Positions 60,583 through 64,000 of a stretch of 64,000 nucleotides of DNA are shown here, in pieces. The notes beneath the pieces are model-generated. The model saw nothing but the letters and a program-made list of their open reading frames with translations. It was not told the DNA's origin and ran no database searches. The DNA is taken from the NCBI GenBank assembly GCA_964658305.1, contig OZ210884.1:7874001-7938000 (forward strand), given 5' to 3'. How positions within the stretch are numbered: position 1 is the stretch's first letter; each line of letters starts with the position of its first letter. Source of the DNA: Leptogorgia sarmentosa. Lineage: Eukaryota. Position numbers and translations under genes: made by a program.

Positions 60583-62822
60583 TGCCAGTTTAACTTACCG
60601 CAAGGATAATTTCTTTCTTGAAAATATTTGAAAATTTAAGGCTGGTTTGAAGCTATTTCCAGCATCTCTCACGCTGGTAAAGTAAAGAAGGAAAGACATA
60701 CTAATTACTTCGTGTCGTTCGGGATGAGAAAACCCAACCATTTACTGATCGATTGGTGTGGGACTAATCGCCGGTTATTATTAACCTAACGAAACGACGT
60801 GTAGAGAATATCTGAAGCACCACGCGTACGAGCGTGGTACGAGTAAATAAATTGATTCAATTATTCAGCCTTGTATATAAATTACACACATCTGCTTCCA
60901 CATTGGCTGCAAAGTCACCTAGTCCAATTGACCAGTTGTAAGACAAGCTGGAAAGAAGGACGAGTGGAAAGACACAAATTGGTTTGTTCAGTGTCTGAAA
61001 TTCCTCTGAAATCATGCAGTTCAATTAATTTGATTCCCTTATATACTGTTTGGAACTTTGGCACACAAACACTGTCTTTAGCTAACAAATAGGTAAAACG
61101 AAATTTCGAAAGCCCTTCGTCCGAAATTGTTGTAAAGGGTCTTTACTCGAAACGTCAAAATTTTGTATCGTTCAGGTAGTGAGTAGAATTATTGCTGATT
61201 TTTGCTGATTTTGAACTTATACTGTAATGGCACGCGAGCTCTAATTCACTTGTAAAATCCGATGCGATCTTCGATTAATCCAATTAAGCAATGTTTCGGC
61301 CAGATAAGCTGATAAACTTTTCTCATATTATTATTATTATACAGCAACCGCCAATATTGTCTGTGTCAATCATTGAAACAGTACCTGTTTGCCTACAAAT
61401 TAATTCACAATATATCTATCACAAAATTTGATTTACCTTCAAAATTTCACTTCACTTGGTAACAGAAACACCAAAACGTTTCGGATACTGTTGTGTAATA
61501 TACCAAAGAAAACGTATCCTGCAGTATAGGAGACGATGAACAAAGATAATCTTAAATCCTTTAAGGTGAATTCCATGTAACGTAATGAAATGCATATCTT
61601 TTTTCATTTACTGCTTGTGTAAATGTATTGACAAACAATTTAGAGTCATCAAATAGTTTTACGACGTGCTAATTAGTGATAAACAATGGGGGATAGCGTC
61701 ACCATAACGCAGTTGACAATATTGTGTAAAATGGAAACTGTCGAATAGTGTCGTCTAGATAGTGAATAGAACTATTGCTGTTTATTGGTTTGTAAATGAA
61801 CACATACATACAGAGCAAGTCCCACTCCCTCCATAACCACAAGCGTCATCGAATTGGCGATTTGGCGGAAATATTGAAGGAATATCGTCAGCACTATAGC
61901 TCCAATCGTAAACAGCTGGGAAACTGAATAAACTGACCTACCACTGATCTTAATTGGCAAACATTCTACTAATTCGTTGGGTTTATCAACGTCACACGTA
62001 CTAAAATATGTAGCTACGAACTGGACGATTATAGAAGCTAAAACAAAACCATTTCTCAAGGGACGTGACGTAGACGATTGAATAATTACGTCATTTTTTT
62101 AATGCGTGATTTTAAAGCGTGACAGACTTCCCTCCGAGATCTAACTCACAGTTTCAGCAGAGTTGAGTAATCTTCAAAATTTCGAGCATTTCTATCTGAA
62201 GAGCCTCTAAGTAGCTACCATAATCGAATCATATACATCATATGTATACATGCAGAGCTAAATATGTCGTATCAAAAGTAGTAGAGTATAATCGGGAAAC
62301 CTGCTAACCTGAAAACAGGGATAAATACAGGCACTAGTTGTCAACAGAAATCCATTTTTCCATCCAAACTACTAAATTTCCTTTGGAAAGTTATTTTCTC
62401 TGTTTGTAAACTTATAATTCATTTTCTTTACTAAACATGATTATAAGCTATAAGTTATTGAATTATAAAGGATATATATATATATATATATATATATGTA
62501 AGTGATTAAAAACTGCAAAATGAATTCCTATTCGATAACAAGTCCCAGGCCTTTTACTCACGGGAAAAAATGATACTTGCGCTTTTAGCGTCTAACAGCT
62601 GCAGTTTCATCAAACCGAAAAAAACGAACAAAACAAACAAGAAGGAACGTTCAACAAATCTCAAACAAAAGATATTCTTTTAAAAAATCTGTTACAAATC
62701 CAGTTGATACTTGGCATGAAGCCACATATAGGAAAACAGACACATTCCTCTCTATGCATAAATATATTTGATATCTCTGTCTCCATTAATTTGGCGTGTG
62801 AGAAAGTAAATTTTTGATGTGA

Positions 62823-63419
62823 TTAAAATTCATCATGGCGTGCTAGGGCTTCTCCAAAGTCAGTCACTTGACTACCGACAAATATATCGTGCTTGGCCAG
62901 AATTTCTTGCTTTGTCAGTATTCCATCCTACAATGAGCAACGAAATAATTTAACGCATTTTGCACAGGTTTGATGATGCACGTTGTGGAATTTCTTTCCC
63001 TTAAATCTGAGTGAATCAGTAGAACGCATTTTCTTTAGTGGATTAACTCGTTGTAGTATAAAAAATTCAATATGGTCACGGGGATAAGACGACGGTAGTA
63101 GTTGGAAGTCGAAGCCCATGGGTGCGACCACTGGATCAATTTTTTAATTTTGGGTCTTCGGACGGTCGGAAATAGCAGAAGTATTTAAATACTTTTACTT
63201 TTGCTGCTGTAATGATAAATCAGACAAATATGTGGGGTGGGGGTATTCCCGTCCTCCTTATGAATTAGTTGGGAGGGGACACGCCCCACGGTTTCTACAC
63301 CCATGGATATGTTTGTGGTGTACACGTACTTTGTCAGCGTCAGCTTCATTCATCAAGTGAGTAGACTCGGCAGCAACATTGTCATATTCAGCAGGCAGGA
63401 TCCAGTCTTTCACCTCGGC
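62823..63419 (-). CDS. CALU: Calumenin paralog 3: last two exons, canonical HDEF end; 5' part lies beyond the window
   Basis: Exons 63419-63330 ([30 protein letters not shown]) and 62927-62823 ([34 protein letters not shown]). Confidence 0.9.
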
Positions 63420-63689
63420 CTTTGGAAAACAATGGTATAATACGTCATAGACTGGTTTGAAATGAAAAGCCTGTCAATACTTGTAGAGATAAGGCAATCT
63501 CAGACCCCAGTTACACGATACAGGATTCGCATTGGAGTGACATCAATTAGAACGTTTTCCAGTTCTTCTGCTCTCGAAACTTTTTGTACTTGCAGTTTTC
63601 GTTTAACTCTGTTATATTATCGCATTTTAAGTGCAAAATTCACTTTGAAATAGCAAAATTTGAAATCGCTCCGATAGTAATCCGGTATA

Positions 63690-63836
63690 ATGGCGTTGGA
63701 AGATTGATAATAGGGGGCTCATATTCATATTTTCGTGTGCTTTATCATTAATTTCTGTTGAAATCCGTTGTTTTTATGATTTGTGGACACGAAGATATGA
63801 ATATGAGCCCCCCTTATTATCAATTTTCCTACGCTA
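63690..63836. mobile_element. MITE-like inverted repeat
   Basis: attgataatagggggctcatattcatat / atatgaatatgagcccccccttattatcaat-type inverted arms. Confidence 0.6.
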
Positions 63837-64000
63837 CACAGAGGGAAAACATAAATACCACGAAGAAATAGAGAAACTGTAAATGTGAACAGCCTATTTG
63901 AGATAAGTGATCAGGGTATATTGGTTGTTTTCTAGGCCCGAAGATGACTGGAAACGTTTCGAAGTTTACCTTGCCCAGAAAACCATCCTTATTTTTATCT

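Noticed and set aside
61772..62059. 95-aa hydrophobic ORF
   Set aside because: TTG start, no recognisable family or splice structure; probably the 3' flank or UTR of calumenin paralog 3.

Overview
Eukaryotic, AT-rich, intron-containing animal DNA. The repeat landscape and gene set look cnidarian/coral-like, but that is an inference, not a demonstration. From left to right: an intronless class-A GPCR and a truncated duplicate; a multi-exon minus-strand gene mostly missed by the ORF track (signal peptide + atypical Ig V-like domain + Thr/Ser-rich stalk of small phase-1 exons, with a 182-bp tandem repeat that is an exon+intron amplification); many MITE and foldback elements; a decayed thermonuclease (SNase)-like fragment; PHF10 (minus) head-to-head with SNRNP70/U1-70K (plus, 10 coding exons, one GC-AG intron, a 10-kb 60-bp satellite in intron 4, a candidate poison exon in intron 6); and a cluster of two FAM124 genes and three calumenin/CREC paralogs (ending IDEL, MDEL, HDEF) with ER-stress elements in a shared promoter. 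All exon boundaries were read by eye from GT/AG context and frame continuity, with no transcript evidence.
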